From Eledone cirrhosa (lineage: Eukaryota): DNA of 64,000 nucleotides. Of the stretch, positions 27,401 through 38,514 are shown piece after piece. Position 1 is the first letter of the stretch; every line of letters begins with the position of its first letter. The notes under the pieces were generated by a model. That model worked only from the letters and a program-made list of their open reading frames with translations. It was not told the origin of the DNA and did no database searches. The stretch covers positions 22,630,001 through 22,694,000 of the forward strand of contig OZ024741.1 of NCBI GenBank assembly GCA_964016885.1, in the 5' to 3' direction. The position numbers and the translations under genes were made by a program.

Positions 27401-27918
27401 TTCCAGAGGTCCCTGGCCTGGCAGTGCTACCGAGGGGCTCTGCCCGTTCGAGAAAGGCTCTACAGACACGGTCGCCGGGTAGGGACTCCTCGAAAAAGAT
27501 CTGTCCCACATGCGTGTACGACGAGGAAACCGTTGCACACGCATTGGTACAGTGCTCGGGCATTGCCGATCTGTGGGGCTATGTCGAACGACTGCTGTCA
27601 AGGGTGGGACCGATCCAGTTGACCACCGAGTCTATTGTAACGATCAAGCCGCCTCCCCTCTTCAAAAACGAAGGAGAGGCGGTGTTTCTGTGCGTAATAG
27701 CCATGGCGAAAGAGGTTGTATGGTGGACGTGTCTGAAAGGACTGAGGTCAGACACCTTTCTCTCTGGCCAACAACTAGTCCGTTCCTTCCGATATCATTT
27801 CGGAAGAAGGATCAGGATGGAGAGAGAGGTGCTGCACCCCAGCCGTTTTTATGAAAGATGGGTGAAAGTGGCGAGAATGGCCCGTGTGAATGGGCCTTCA
27901 CTCTACATCAGACTATAG
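24490..27918 (+). pseudogene. Tx1-like ORF2 (AP endonuclease + reverse transcriptase + C-terminal CCHC finger) with frameshifts and nonsense codons
   Basis: Motifs LRVGCLNERGL, VGDWN, YLDRF, YSDH, GPGYWKLN, FRPITLLN, LDQSKAFDRV, RQGCPLS, YADD and CPTC..ETVAHALVQC. Frameshifts near 25500, 27345 and 27480. In-frame stops at 26721 (TAG) and 26760 (TGA). Confidence 0.93.
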
Positions 27919-28184
27919 GTGAGGAAGATGAAAGATCAAAGGAGCACCCCGTCTCTGTGCCCCTGAGGAGAAGGGTTGCACACTTTTTTCAGGGGTGTGT
28001 GCGACCCCCCAAGGCGCCTCCTCACTATTGAGGATTTTGTTATTAAATTTATTTTGGTTATATTTTATATTTTATTTTTATATTTTGTTATTGCCTCCTC
28101 CTTATTGAAGACGCCTTTTTATGTAAACTCCCTCCATTGTACTTGTCCCACTTTTTGATGCCCTGGTGGCAAATAAAAAGAAAG

Positions 28185-28810
28185 TTATCTATTTATCTAC
28201 CTACCTATCTATTTATTTATCTACCTACCTACCTATCTATATATCTACCGACCTATCTATTTATTTATCTACCTACCTACCTATCTATTTATTTATCTAC
28301 CTACCTACCTACCTACCTATCTATTTATCTACCTACCTACCTACCTACCTACCTATCTATTTATCTACCTACCTATCTATTTATTTATCTATCTACCTAC
28401 CTCTCATTGTTAAAGATTTTATGTAAAACCCCCGTCGTCACGTCTTGTAATGTCTCATTTTTGTACGCCCTTGTGGCAAATAAAGAAATATATCTACCTA
28501 CCTACCTACCTATCTATCAACCCATTTGTAATGCCGCCCCACTATTGGGGATTTCGATTATTGAATTTGTTTGTTAAACATTTTTTTTTACACGATTGTA
28601 TGTAAAATCCTCGGCATATGTCCTTGTATTGTCCCCTTTTCTTGTGCGCCCTTGTGGCAAATAAAGAAATATATCTATCTACCTATCTATTTATCTATCT
28701 ACCTACCTACCTACCTAGCTACCTATCTATCTACCTAGCTACCTATCTACCTAACCCCCACTGTCACGTCTTGTAATGTCCCATTGTGACAACTAAAGAA
28801 ACATATCTAT
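28185..28810 (+). repeat. (TATC/TACC/TATT)n microsatellite interleaved with three short Tx1-like 3'-end fragments
   Basis: Fragments at 28401-28489, 28519-28670 and 28753-28801 share gtc(c)ttgta.tgtc...gcccttgtggcaaataaagaaat (degenerate in the last) with the main element's 3' end. Confidence 0.85.
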
Positions 28811-29201
28811 CATCCTGTTTCTTACTGAGCCCGTTATGTTATTTGAGCAGAATATAATTTATTGACAAATTAATCATATGCATTACACCTTGAACAAGCT
28901 ATTTACATAAGGTGTAACTCTTTCCAACTTGTGGCCGATCAAATTCCCTGGCTTTTGATATCAATCTGCCTGAAACCATCCCTGGTTCTATGCTACAATG
29001 CACTTTACTATAAAGTGTTTAGATTTATCTAAAACCTTTATCCTGGAAGTTAACTCTTTTGATACTCAACCACCTGAAGCTGTCCATAATTCTGTAATTT
29101 AAAGTGTTTATATTTATCTAAAAACCTTCTATCATAATTTTACATAAGAATCATTAATTTATGTTTCAAACACCAGCTTAATAATGAGGAATTTAGTTGT
29201 A

Positions 29202-29427
29202 TTAACCCTGGCCAAAACCTGTTCTGGTTCTATGAAATAAAGCCACCCATTTTAAAAGTTTGCAATTTAAATTAAAATCTTCCAACATAATTTTATATAA
29301 GAACCTTACTTTAAGTTACTATCTTCATAATGAAATAATTAATAACTTTATTAAATCCCTCAAAATTCATTATTAATTAATTGAAATGGTATGTATTTCA
29401 TTAGAAATGCAGTCATTAAAAGATTAA
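29202..29427 (+). mobile_element. Non-autonomous element family D with TTAACCCT...(AGGG)TTAA-like ends (piggyBac-like, tentative)
   Basis: Homologous to 43181-43697 (reverse, SINE-interrupted) and 46455-47240 (interrupted). TTAA/CCC termini are typical of piggyBac, but no transposase is seen. Confidence 0.5.
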
Positions 29428-29588
29428 AAAAACCAACACAATATCTGTAGTAAAGTAGGAACTGCTGAGCCCTAAAGTGTTGTATATTAACATCTTAGCT
29501 AGGACTGTAATATTTATAAGGCTAACAAGGTAGGGGGTCCTGTAGGGATTAAAATGAAAATAAAATAAATTGCATTTATCGCTGACAC

Positions 29589-30012
29589 CCATGTAGGTTT
29601 AACTGGCTTCCCATGTAAATTTAGCTGGCCTCCCATGTAGGTTTAACTGGCTTCCATGTAGGTTTACTTGGCCTCCCATGTAGGTTTAACTGGCCTCCAA
29701 TGAGTTTTAGCTGGCCTGCCATGTAGGTTTAACTGGCCTTCCATGTAGGTTTAGTTGGCCTCCCATGTAGGTTTAGCTGGCCTCCCATGAGGTTTAACTG
29801 GCCTTCCATGTAGGTTTAGTTGACCTCCCATGTAGGTTTAGTTGGCCTCCCATGTAGGTTTAGCTGGCCTCCCATGAGGTTTAGCTGGCCTCTCATGAAG
29901 GTTTAGTTGACCTCCCATGTAGGTTTAGCTGGCCTCCCATGAGGTTTAACTGGCCTCCCATGTAGGTTTAGCTGGCCTCCCATGTAGGTTTAGTTGACCT
30001 CAAATGAGGTTT
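29589..30012. repeat. 22-bp minisatellite, ~19 copies
   Basis: Unit cccatgtaggttta(g/a)(c/t)tggcct, with 2-bp deletion variants. Confidence 0.95.
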
Positions 30013-30774
30013 CTTGGGTGTTTTAATAACAAGGAGCTCCTGTCTTATCATGAAAAGCAATGTGAAATGAAGAATCTTGCTCAAGAACACAATGTGTTGT
30101 TCCTGGAATTGAATACACAACCTTTTCATTGTAAATGCAACATCCCTAACTACTTGTGGATCATAGGATGTGTACAGTTTGCACATTTAGTCACAAAGTT
30201 AGCTTATAAACCATTTATGATTACATAAATTTGATAAAGAAAGATAAAGAATGATTGACTTTCATCAAATCGGACCGAGGAAACAGTGTTTCCAATTGCT
30301 AATATCTATTGGTCGCAACTCCAGGTAGAAGGAGCAACATGAAATAAAATGTCTTGCTCAAGGACATAACGCATCACTCGGGGTGGGAATCGAACTCACA
30401 ACCTCACGATTGTGAATCAAATTCTCTAACCACCCAGCCACACGCCTTCATAAAGAAAGATAACAACAAAATTAAGTAATGAGAAAAGGGGGAAGGGTTA
30501 AAGAAGGGCAGATCTGGTTGTATGGGAAAGTAGAGGCTAGGTTAAGATAGGTAAATTTTTTTATGTAGTGGCGTGAAAGATTGAAGTGCTAGTGTGGGTC
30601 CAATATACCTGCAAACTTAGGGTTTTGTCCATGGATATGACCCTGACATTAGTACCACATTCCTTATTGAGATTTGTTTGTCATTTGATGTCAAAATATA
30701 TATTCATATACACTCACAGATATATCACTGCCTTGAGACTAACCATAAAACTGCTACTGTTACTACAATTATTT

Positions 30775-30945
30775 CCACCATCACCTTCTCCATCACCACC
30801 ATCACCTTCTCCACTCCACCACCACCACCTTCTCCACCATCACCATCTCCACTACCACCTTCTCCACCGCCACCATCACCTTCTCCACCACCATCATCAC
30901 CTTCTCCGCCACTACCGCCTTCTCTACTTCCCCCACCTCCACAAC
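30775..30945. repeat. CCA/CTT-rich low-complexity tract
   Basis: ccaccatcaccttctcca-type degenerate trinucleotide repeats. Confidence 0.85.
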
Positions 30946-31460
30946 TAACTTAGGAATTGTTGATAAGTAATTTATGATGCTAACATTGTTGTTGTTTTTA
31001 CTACTACTACTACTAATAATAATATTACCATTGCTGTTCTTCAATTTTTACGTACATTGTCTGTTAATTCTTTAATAAGTACAAAATTACTTTGTTATAA
31101 TTTACTATATCTTTAAATAGTTGTTAAGGGGTGGGGAAATAAAACTGTGTGGCATTTATTCCATTTGAAGGATTTAAACCAATTTAATGAAAAAGAAACA
31201 CTTCAACTTGCAATTTTTTTTTTTAAGTATGACGAAAATTTATTATATATTAAATGACGTTACAAATGGGAGTGAAAATATAAACACTTGATATATACAA
31301 AGCATATAAATAAATTTACAGTAGAAATCAAAATAATATCACTTCTTCACCTTTTTTTGCAAGCTTACATGAATGATGCGCAATTTTCCAAATTCTGGTT
31401 TAGTGATCGCCTCTTTCGTCAAATTTATAAAAGATGGAAAAATGTTTGTAAGACATTCAT

Positions 31461-31590
31461 AATAATTGTTTCTACTTTAGGCACAAGGCCAGCAATTATC
31501 CCAGTGTATTACTGGTACTTTATTTTATCGACCCCGTAAGGATGAAAGGCAAAGTTAACCTCGGCGGGATTTGAACTCAGAATGGCAAGG
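31461..31590 (-). mobile_element. SINE family A, 5'-truncated
   Basis: aataattgtttctac...gatttgaactcag. Confidence 0.85.
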
Positions 31591-31599
31591 ATAATAATG

Positions 31600-31664
31600 A
31601 TTTCATTTATTGGCCACAAGGGCCGACATGTAGGGGACAATACAAAGACAGTGGGGGTTTACAA
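31600..31664 (-). mobile_element. Short Tx1-like 3'-end fragment within (ATT)n
   Basis: The minus strand reads tgtaaacccccactgtctttgtattgtcccc...gcccttgtggccaataaatgaaat, matching the 28401-28801 fragments. Confidence 0.7.
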
Positions 31665-32964
31665 CAATAATAATAATAATGAAATTATCATGTTTTATTG
31701 AAGAATTCAAAAGGCATAAATGAAAGGAAAAAGTTTATGAGTTAGGAATGAAAACCGAGCCGCAAACTCGGTTTTTTACAGGGCTTGCCTCAATGTCGAA
31801 GGTAGAGAATAACTTTAAAATAAAAATGATAATAAATTTATGGTTTTCAAAGACAAATAAACAACTTATATGGTGGTGGTGTTGGAAATAATTGTAGTAG
31901 CAGTTGTTTTTTGGAGTTTGTTGTTGTTGGTAGTTGATGTTATCTATATTTTTATATAGCTGCTAATGGGATATATTAGCGAACAGAAGTATTCAATAAT
32001 GAAAGTATTTAAATGAATAAATAAATAACAAGAGAAAAGAGAGAGGGGGAGGGGAATATTTTTAATGCCTTTTTATTTATTTTAACTTCAAAATTGTCCG
32101 ACAAAGACGCGAGGAAGCTATGATTTCTGAACGAATCTGACCGTCTTCGCCACCACCACCAACTGGACGGCATGGGGGGAGGGGAAGTGTAAAAGCAAGT
32201 GCCCCTTCTGTGTAGCGGCAGTTTCTATTCAGTAGCATTGTTACTCGGCTAATGGAATGTTGTATTGTCCACTCTCCATGATAATTGAAATAGGTGAGTT
32301 TAAAAGAATATTGTTATATTTGGGGGAGGGGGGGTCACGCTGTATTTACCAAACCAAAACATCGCCACTTTAAAAGAAGTTTTATTTACATTTTTCTCAA
32401 CTATGACCAGACGGGCGAAAAAAAAAACTACAGTATATTGAAATAGTTGCAAACAACTTTTATTATTTGCTAGAAATACTAAAGATTACTTTTAAGAAAA
32501 TACATGCTTTTAAAAAATACTTTTGTCTGTATATTTAGAACATATTTATGTAAGTTTTAGTATACCTTTCTACTAATATTATTTGTTTTAAACAGTTAAA
32601 GAAAAAAAAAAAACATGTTTCTCGTTTTAATCCTGTCTCCGCCACCAAATTTACCTGATATAACACTCCGCCCCGTATATTTGAGCATCTCTTGTATCAA
32701 AGTTCGCGCCTTCCTTTGCTAGTAAATGAAAGTCTATCATATAGTACTTTATTTAAATATGATAAAAATCAATATTCAACCTTTTCGACAACGTTTTCCC
32801 CTGATAACGTCTCTCTCTTTCTTACGACACATTTTTTGACACTTACCTGTTGTACTTTCAACTAAAACATTATCCTGACATGCTAGAAATAACAGCCCAA
32901 ATCTCCCTCAAATCACACCGCAGATCATACTATCTTTAAAAAATTTGACAACGCTATTATATTA

Positions 32965-33238
32965 TGAGGGTCGGCTAAAAACGTTTGTAGTTTGACCAAG
33001 ATACTCTCATGGAATGACCAAATGGGGTTTATACTTCAACATAATCCCTGAATCCCTGGAAAGAAACAATGTAGTTATTAATAAGAAGAGTTGAAATTAA
33101 TAATAAGAATAGTTGAATAAGAATAATAAGAAGAGTTGAAATTAATAATAAGAAGAGTTGAAATTAATGCAAGTAAGATTTCGCAGCACTAGCATCACTC
33201 ATCCATAGTCAGCCTATGAACTTTTCAGCCGATCCTCA
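32965..33238. mobile_element. Mariner-like MITE
   Basis: TA|TGAGGGTCGGCTAAAAA ... TTTTCAGCCGATCCTCA inverted termini, with internal aataagaagagttgaaattaat repeats. Confidence 0.7.
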
Positions 33239-33849
33239 TGTAAGATTTCACAGCTGGAACATCACTCGTTTATAGTCAGCCTATAAACATCGTATATAAA
33301 ACGACAGTATGGTCTTAGCTGGAACACCTTTGATATAAGGCTGACCCGGAGCTAAATATAATCTAGAACCAGTGAACTTAGTATCACCTTTATTTGCTCC
33401 TGTGCAACACACCGCTAAATTGAAACTATATTAATGTCTTTAACCCCTTAATCCAGTAATGCATAAACGTAAATTTTTATCCTACACTAAATAATTCAAA
33501 TGATGGAAAATCTTTTATTCACAGTTGTATAAAAAATATAATAATATAATGGTTACAGAACGAAAAGATATAATATATACAAAGCAGGTAATACCTGGGA
33601 CCACATACAACAAAAGGCAGGCGAAAGGGGTGGACAAACGAACCGCTAACAGAGATACTATAGCGAGGAGCACTGTTGTCTTTTTTTAAATAGAAAATAA
33701 ACAGTATGCCTGAAGAAATCAAAAGGTTTCCTAGAAAGTTAATGTTAAGAGTATTTAAAATTGAAATAGAAATTCTGTATTGTAAACAAGATCTTTTTGA
33801 CTTACGAAACATTGATAAATTTGTAAACGTGGTCGCCGCAATGCAGATA

Positions 33850-33957
33850 ACTATAGTAATAGTTGTACATTATTCTATGTACTATACATGCACCTTTGAT
33901 AAGTTGTAGTGCACCTGAGCACTGCACACAATAATTTCATTATTATTATTATTATTT
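33850..33957 (+). mobile_element. LINE-type 3' end with (ATT)n tail
   Basis: gtagtgcacctgagcactgcacacaataatttc(att)n: a short stem-loop followed by a microsatellite tail. Confidence 0.45.
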
Positions 33958-34485
33958 TTATTATAAATATAGATTAAGTCGAATTAATCGGGTAAAGATC
34001 CGCGTACGTCTCTGTTCACGTGATTTCTTGTCTCTTGGAGTGCTGTACTAGATTTATTCAACTATTATCTATACCTGTCAACTAGTATTATAGTTAACTG
34101 CAGTGTGACGACTATATTTTCAAACTTCGTATTGTATAACTTACTGACTTGTGTCGTAGACTTAGAGGTAAACACGAGGGGAAGAGAGAGATAGCTTTCC
34201 ATTCTCACTCGTAGCTATACAACTTAGACTTTTAAGGTATGAAAGCTATGACTTATATTTTCCCTTCCTTTCAACTGAGCAAGGTTTCTCGACCATTGAG
34301 GAGAATTCCATGCAGCTGTTTGAACTGCTAGAAATATCAACCAAATCTCTCTTATTACAATCCCACTGCGTCAAATAGACAAAATAACTAAATATAGCTG
34401 TAAATATTTATTCATGTATACCCCATACCAGCTGAATCTAAAAATATGTAGCTGTACTTGGAAATATGTACAGCATATATATATA

Positions 34486-34517
<32 letters not shown>

Positions 34518-34548
34518 ATATATATAAATGAAAATAGAGAAATTAATG

Positions 34549-34588
<40 letters not shown>

Positions 34589-34817
34589 TCAAAAATAGAA
34601 GTATTACATCATAAACTCGTAGAAGATAGTACGATATATTAAGTTAGACGCCTTATTCAAAAGCGAAGCGTGCTCAATGCTTCATTGATTCTCCATCATA
34701 ATTTTGTGTGTGTATATATTATGGCGCGCGCACGCACGCACACGCGTGTGTGTGTTATGTAATTCCAAAGGAAAAGCAAAGGGGGAAAAGAGTGCTCTAT
34801 GTATAGAACAGAGCTAT

Positions 34818-35003
34818 TTAATTAGAAAGTGAACAACACAAAATATAACTACTCCATTACCAAAGGTTTCTGGATCACAGATAGAGATGTTATGGATAAA
34901 AGATATGAAAAAAATGTGTTATCGTATATATTATTATCGTCTGTGATCCAGAAACCTTTGGTAATGGAGTAGTTATATTTTGTGTTGTTCACTTTCTAAT
35001 TAA
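34818..35003. repeat. Perfect 64-bp inverted repeat with a 58-bp spacer
   Basis: 34818-34881 is the reverse complement of 34940-35003. Confidence 0.95.
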
Positions 35004-35075
35004 TTATATATATTTCGTCGGAAAGGTCCAGGAAAAAGGAGTGCTCTATGTAGGTAACAGAGCTTAATAGTTATG

Positions 35076-35148
35076 TGTGCCTCTCCGTTGTTCTGTCCTA
35101 CGCCATCTTGAAACAAGATGGCGTAGGACAGAACAAAGGAGAGGCACA
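35076..35148. repeat. 35-bp hairpin with a 3-nt loop and one mismatch
   Basis: tgtgcctctccgttgttctgtcctacgccatcttg AAA caagatggcgtaggacagaacaaaggagaggcaca. Confidence 0.95.
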
Positions 35149-35170
35149 AAAACAAAGAAAAGAATCCCCA

Positions 35171-35213
35171 GTCACTGAAGAGGTCACAGAATGTGTGACG
35201 AAAGAACTTTGAC
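35171..35213 (+). ncRNA. Hammerhead-ribozyme-like motif (minimal type I, PLE-style), imperfect
   Basis: gtca CTGAAGA g gtcac agaatgt gtgac GAAA gaactt tgac. Stems I and II can form; stem II has an extra G. Confidence 0.5.
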
Positions 35214-35366
35214 AATATATAAACAACCATCTGGTTGTGGAACCAACCAACCGGAAACTTATAAATTCCTAAATTTATTATAATAAATTGAAGTGAAAGC
35301 AACTGGTGCGTGTGTTTCTTATTGGCAACATGACCCTCCAAAGTATAACAATATATATATATATAT

Positions 35367-35541
35367 GGATAAATTTACGTGCTTACTTTGAAGAAAGGAT
35401 GCGAAAAATATGAAGTTTTACAAATATATACCATATGTCATATATATTATATATATATATATATATATGACATATGGTATATATTTGTAAAACTTCGTAT
35501 TTTTCGCATCCTTTCTTCAAAGTAAGCACGTAAATTTATCC
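35367..35541. repeat. Palindrome with ~78-bp arms and a (TA)n centre
   Basis: The arms differ at one site (tatg vs tacg). Confidence 0.95.
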
Positions 35542-35784
35542 TCCCCCAAAATAGGTTGCATATTGCGAAGCAGATTAACCCCCCAACACATCCTTATCAA
35601 CCGAGTACATGCATGTATATATGCATGCATACATGCAGGTATGTGCATATAGGCACATGTGTAAAAGTTCTGCTGTTGTGATGTAATAAGAACCTAGTTG
35701 TAAATGTGTGAAGCTGTAATAATGTATATAATTAATATAACAGTACACTTGTAATTATATTTTTGCACCTCACTTCTTCTCAGG

Positions 35785-36073
35785 TACTCACGGGTACCAA
35801 ATAATGGGGGTGGGGTGGAGGAGGGTCGGTAATGTTTCTAGGTTGTCTGTTTATTTTTTTCTAAAAAACCAGAATTCGTCGTTTAGTTTACATATTGAGA
35901 CCCCAATCCATCCTATTTATTTTATAACATATGGGATTTCTAGTAATGTACTTTTTTGTGTGTATAATGTATTTTAATGTATAAAGAAAATTAATTGTTG
36001 CAGGAATGCTATCACTTAAAATAAAATTTTGCTGGAGATAGATTAGCAAAATTTAAAACGAGACCCGAGAGCA
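35785..36073 (+). mobile_element. MITE family C (internally deleted)
   Basis: tactcacgggtaccaaataat ... gagacccgagag, with the shared family C body. Confidence 0.75.
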
Positions 36074-36260
36074 GGTTCACTATCATCATCATCATACGTC
36101 TGCTTTTCCATGCTTGCAAGGGTGGGACATTATATATTTATAATTCTTAGTTGCCACTTATATATGTTTACATGGTCATTTCATTTCACTTACAACACCC
36201 ATGATCTTGAGAAAGGCATAGATATCGCAACGCCCTTTTTATTTTTTAACCTAAGGTCCT

Positions 36261-36306
<46 letters not shown>

Positions 36307-36387
36307 AAAGGTAAACAGAAATAACACAATCGGTACAATATATGGAAGGGATATATTAGGTTAACGCTTGATATAGCAGGAAGAGCG

Positions 36388-36424
36388 TATTAACGTTTCG
36401 GATGCTAGTCCTTCATCAGAAGAA
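36388..36424 (-). ncRNA. Hammerhead-ribozyme-like motif of Penelope-like-element type
   Basis: The minus strand reads CTGATGA a gga ctagca tcc GAAA CG TT aat, with a palindromic stem III (AACGTT). Confidence 0.55.
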
Positions 36425-37237
36425 AGAATGGGAAATAAGATAAATTGAAGGGATTGGGGGGGGGGGGGGCTGAGAGAAAAGCATACTCAGTATGGGATGG
36501 ACATACAAAGATTGCATATCCTGAGACTCCAAAGAGTGTTTGTAAGGGAGCAAACCTTGACAATACAGCAAATATTTATTAGAATTGTATTTACTATGTT
36601 AATAACTTTCAGTAGAACTACATTTTCTTTTTCTTTTATACCCAGACCCATGGAATTTTGTAGTCTTGACAGGATTTCAGTTGTTTATAATTTGATACAA
36701 ATATGAATTACTTTATCAATCGTTTGATTGAATATTTAGAAATTAGAGATATTTTGGGCAGGTTGTACTTAATGGTAAAGAATTAACCAGCTTGGAAGTA
36801 TGTGGTCTGGCTAAAAACATTGAGTGGCAGTAGAGAAAGATAGGAAAAGATGCGGTGAGTTTATATCTGAGAATGTCTCGCAAATGATCACAATATGTTG
36901 TGATATATTCAAGGGTAGAGTCTTGCTAGTATAGATATATTGATGTTAGAATAATAGTGATGTTTGCTTGCTAAAGTGAATAAATCTCATGTCTTTGAAA
37001 AGGTTTACATAGTTGATCTTATCATAGTTTACCAGGAAGCTGGTGATGGTCGGTATTGGCAAATTAGTCCATAGAAGAGTTTGTAAAAGTCTAAAACATT
37101 TGATTCTTCACTTCTCTTTGTTATTGAACTTACCAAAAATTCCTATTAGTTTTTAAATATTGCTTCAAATCATTTATCTAGGATAGTGTTGTTGTTTTGT
37201 TCCCTGCCATACAGAAAGAGATAGTGCCAGGGTATTC

Positions 37238-38182
37238 AGTGTCCTAGGCTAACCCTACAATATATCCCTCCCCCTCCCTTTAGTGTCCTAGGCTAACCCT
37301 ACAATATGTCCCCCCTCCCTTACCGTCCTAGGCTAACCCTACAATATATCCCTCCCCCTCCCTTTAGTGTCCTAGGCTAACCCTACAATATGTCCCCCCT
37401 CCCTTTAGTGTCCTAGGCTAACCCTACAATATGTCCCCCCTCCCTTAGTGTCCTAGGCTAACCCTACAATATGTCCCCCCTCCCTTTAGTGTCCTAAACT
37501 AACCCTAAAATATATCCCTCCCCCTCCCTTTAGTGTCCTAGGCTAACCCTACAATATGTCCCCCCTCCCTTTAGTGTCCTAGGCTAACCCTACAATATGT
37601 CCCTCCCCCTCCCTTTAGTGTCCTAGGCTAACCCTACAATATGTCCCTCCCCCTCCCTTTAGTGTCCTAGGCTAACCCTACAATATGTCCCTCCCCCTCC
37701 CTTTAGTGTCCTAGGCTAACCCTACAATATGTCCCTCCCCCTCCCTTTAGTGTCCTAGGCTAACCCTACAATATGTCCCTCCCCCTCCCTTTAGTGTCCT
37801 AGGCTAACCCTACAATATGTCCCTCCTCCCTTTAGTGTCCTAAACTAACCCTACAATATGTCCCTCCTCCCTTTAGTGTCCTAGGCTAACCCTACAATAT
37901 GTCCCTCCTCCCTTTAGTGTCCTAAACTAACCCTAAAATATATCCCTCCCCCTCCCTTTAGTGTCCTAGGCTAACCCTACAATATGTCCCCCCTCCCTTT
38001 AGTGTCCTAGGCTAACCCTACAATATGTCCCTCCCTTTAGTGTCCTAGGCTAACCCTACAATATGTCCCCCCCCCCTTCCTTTAGTGTCCTAGGCTAACC
38101 CTACAATATGTCCCTCCTCCCTTTAGTGTCCTAAACTAACCCTACAATATGTCCCTGCCCCTCCCTTTAGTGTCCTAGGCTA
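37238..38182. repeat. ~37-48-bp GC-skewed minisatellite, ~22 copies
   Basis: Unit tagtgtcctaggctaaccctacaatatgtccctccccctcccttt, with a variable C-run. Confidence 0.95.
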
Positions 38183-38334
38183 CCATTACTGATGTTCCCC
38201 ATGTAAAATCTGACAAACGTAAATATTGAAACAAAATGTTCTATGAACCTATTTCTGTCTCCTACCCAACCCTTACTCTGCTTTTAGTTCAACAAATATG
38301 TAAAAAAAAAGGAAAGAAAAAAAAAAACTCACTC

Positions 38335-38430
38335 CAGTCACTTCTCTCCTCTCTAGCAGCTCCACAATTTCACCCAATTTACCTTTCAGGGTGCCAACAA
38401 TGAGGGTGGCAGTCCTGAGTTTTGTACCTT
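38335..38430 (-). pseudogene. Isolated fragment of an RTE endonuclease N-terminus
   Basis: KLRTATLIVGTLKGKLGEIVELLERREV compared with KLRVGTINVGSMKGRAGEIVEMLERKEV in the intact RTE at 52789. Confidence 0.75.
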
Positions 38431-38514
38431 GCCTGTTGTTATTTCCCTGGGTATAAGTTCTGTGTATCTGAAAGGGGAAAGTGTTGTACAATTGCTTGAT
38501 GACAGTCAAGCATT

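Larger units (their letters stand above)
22386..28184 (+). mobile_element. Near-full-length L1-group (Tx1-clade) non-LTR retrotransposon, disabled
   Basis: 5' UTR, ORF1 with a CCHC knuckle, ORF2 with APE, RT and C-terminal Zn finger, and a 3' UTR ending GGCAAATAAAAAGAAAG. Flanked on both sides by (TATC/TACC)n. Confidence 0.92.

Noticed and set aside
30586-31044. Extensin-like or His-rich ORFs
   Set aside because: Low-complexity CCA/CTT tract open in several frames, with no splice or homology support.
32090-32720. CpG-containing, promoter/first-exon-like stretch with a donor AG|GTGAGT at ~32291 and a GC box at ~32668
   Set aside because: No ORF or downstream exon was identified, and the motifs are too short to support a call without expression data.
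36430-37190. Possible decayed PLE coding sequence next to the 36388 hammerhead-like motif (DHLRDI); similar IPHEKL/LIDN hints at 59660-59885
   Set aside because: Only a few residues match across frameshifts. A profile search is needed to support the call.
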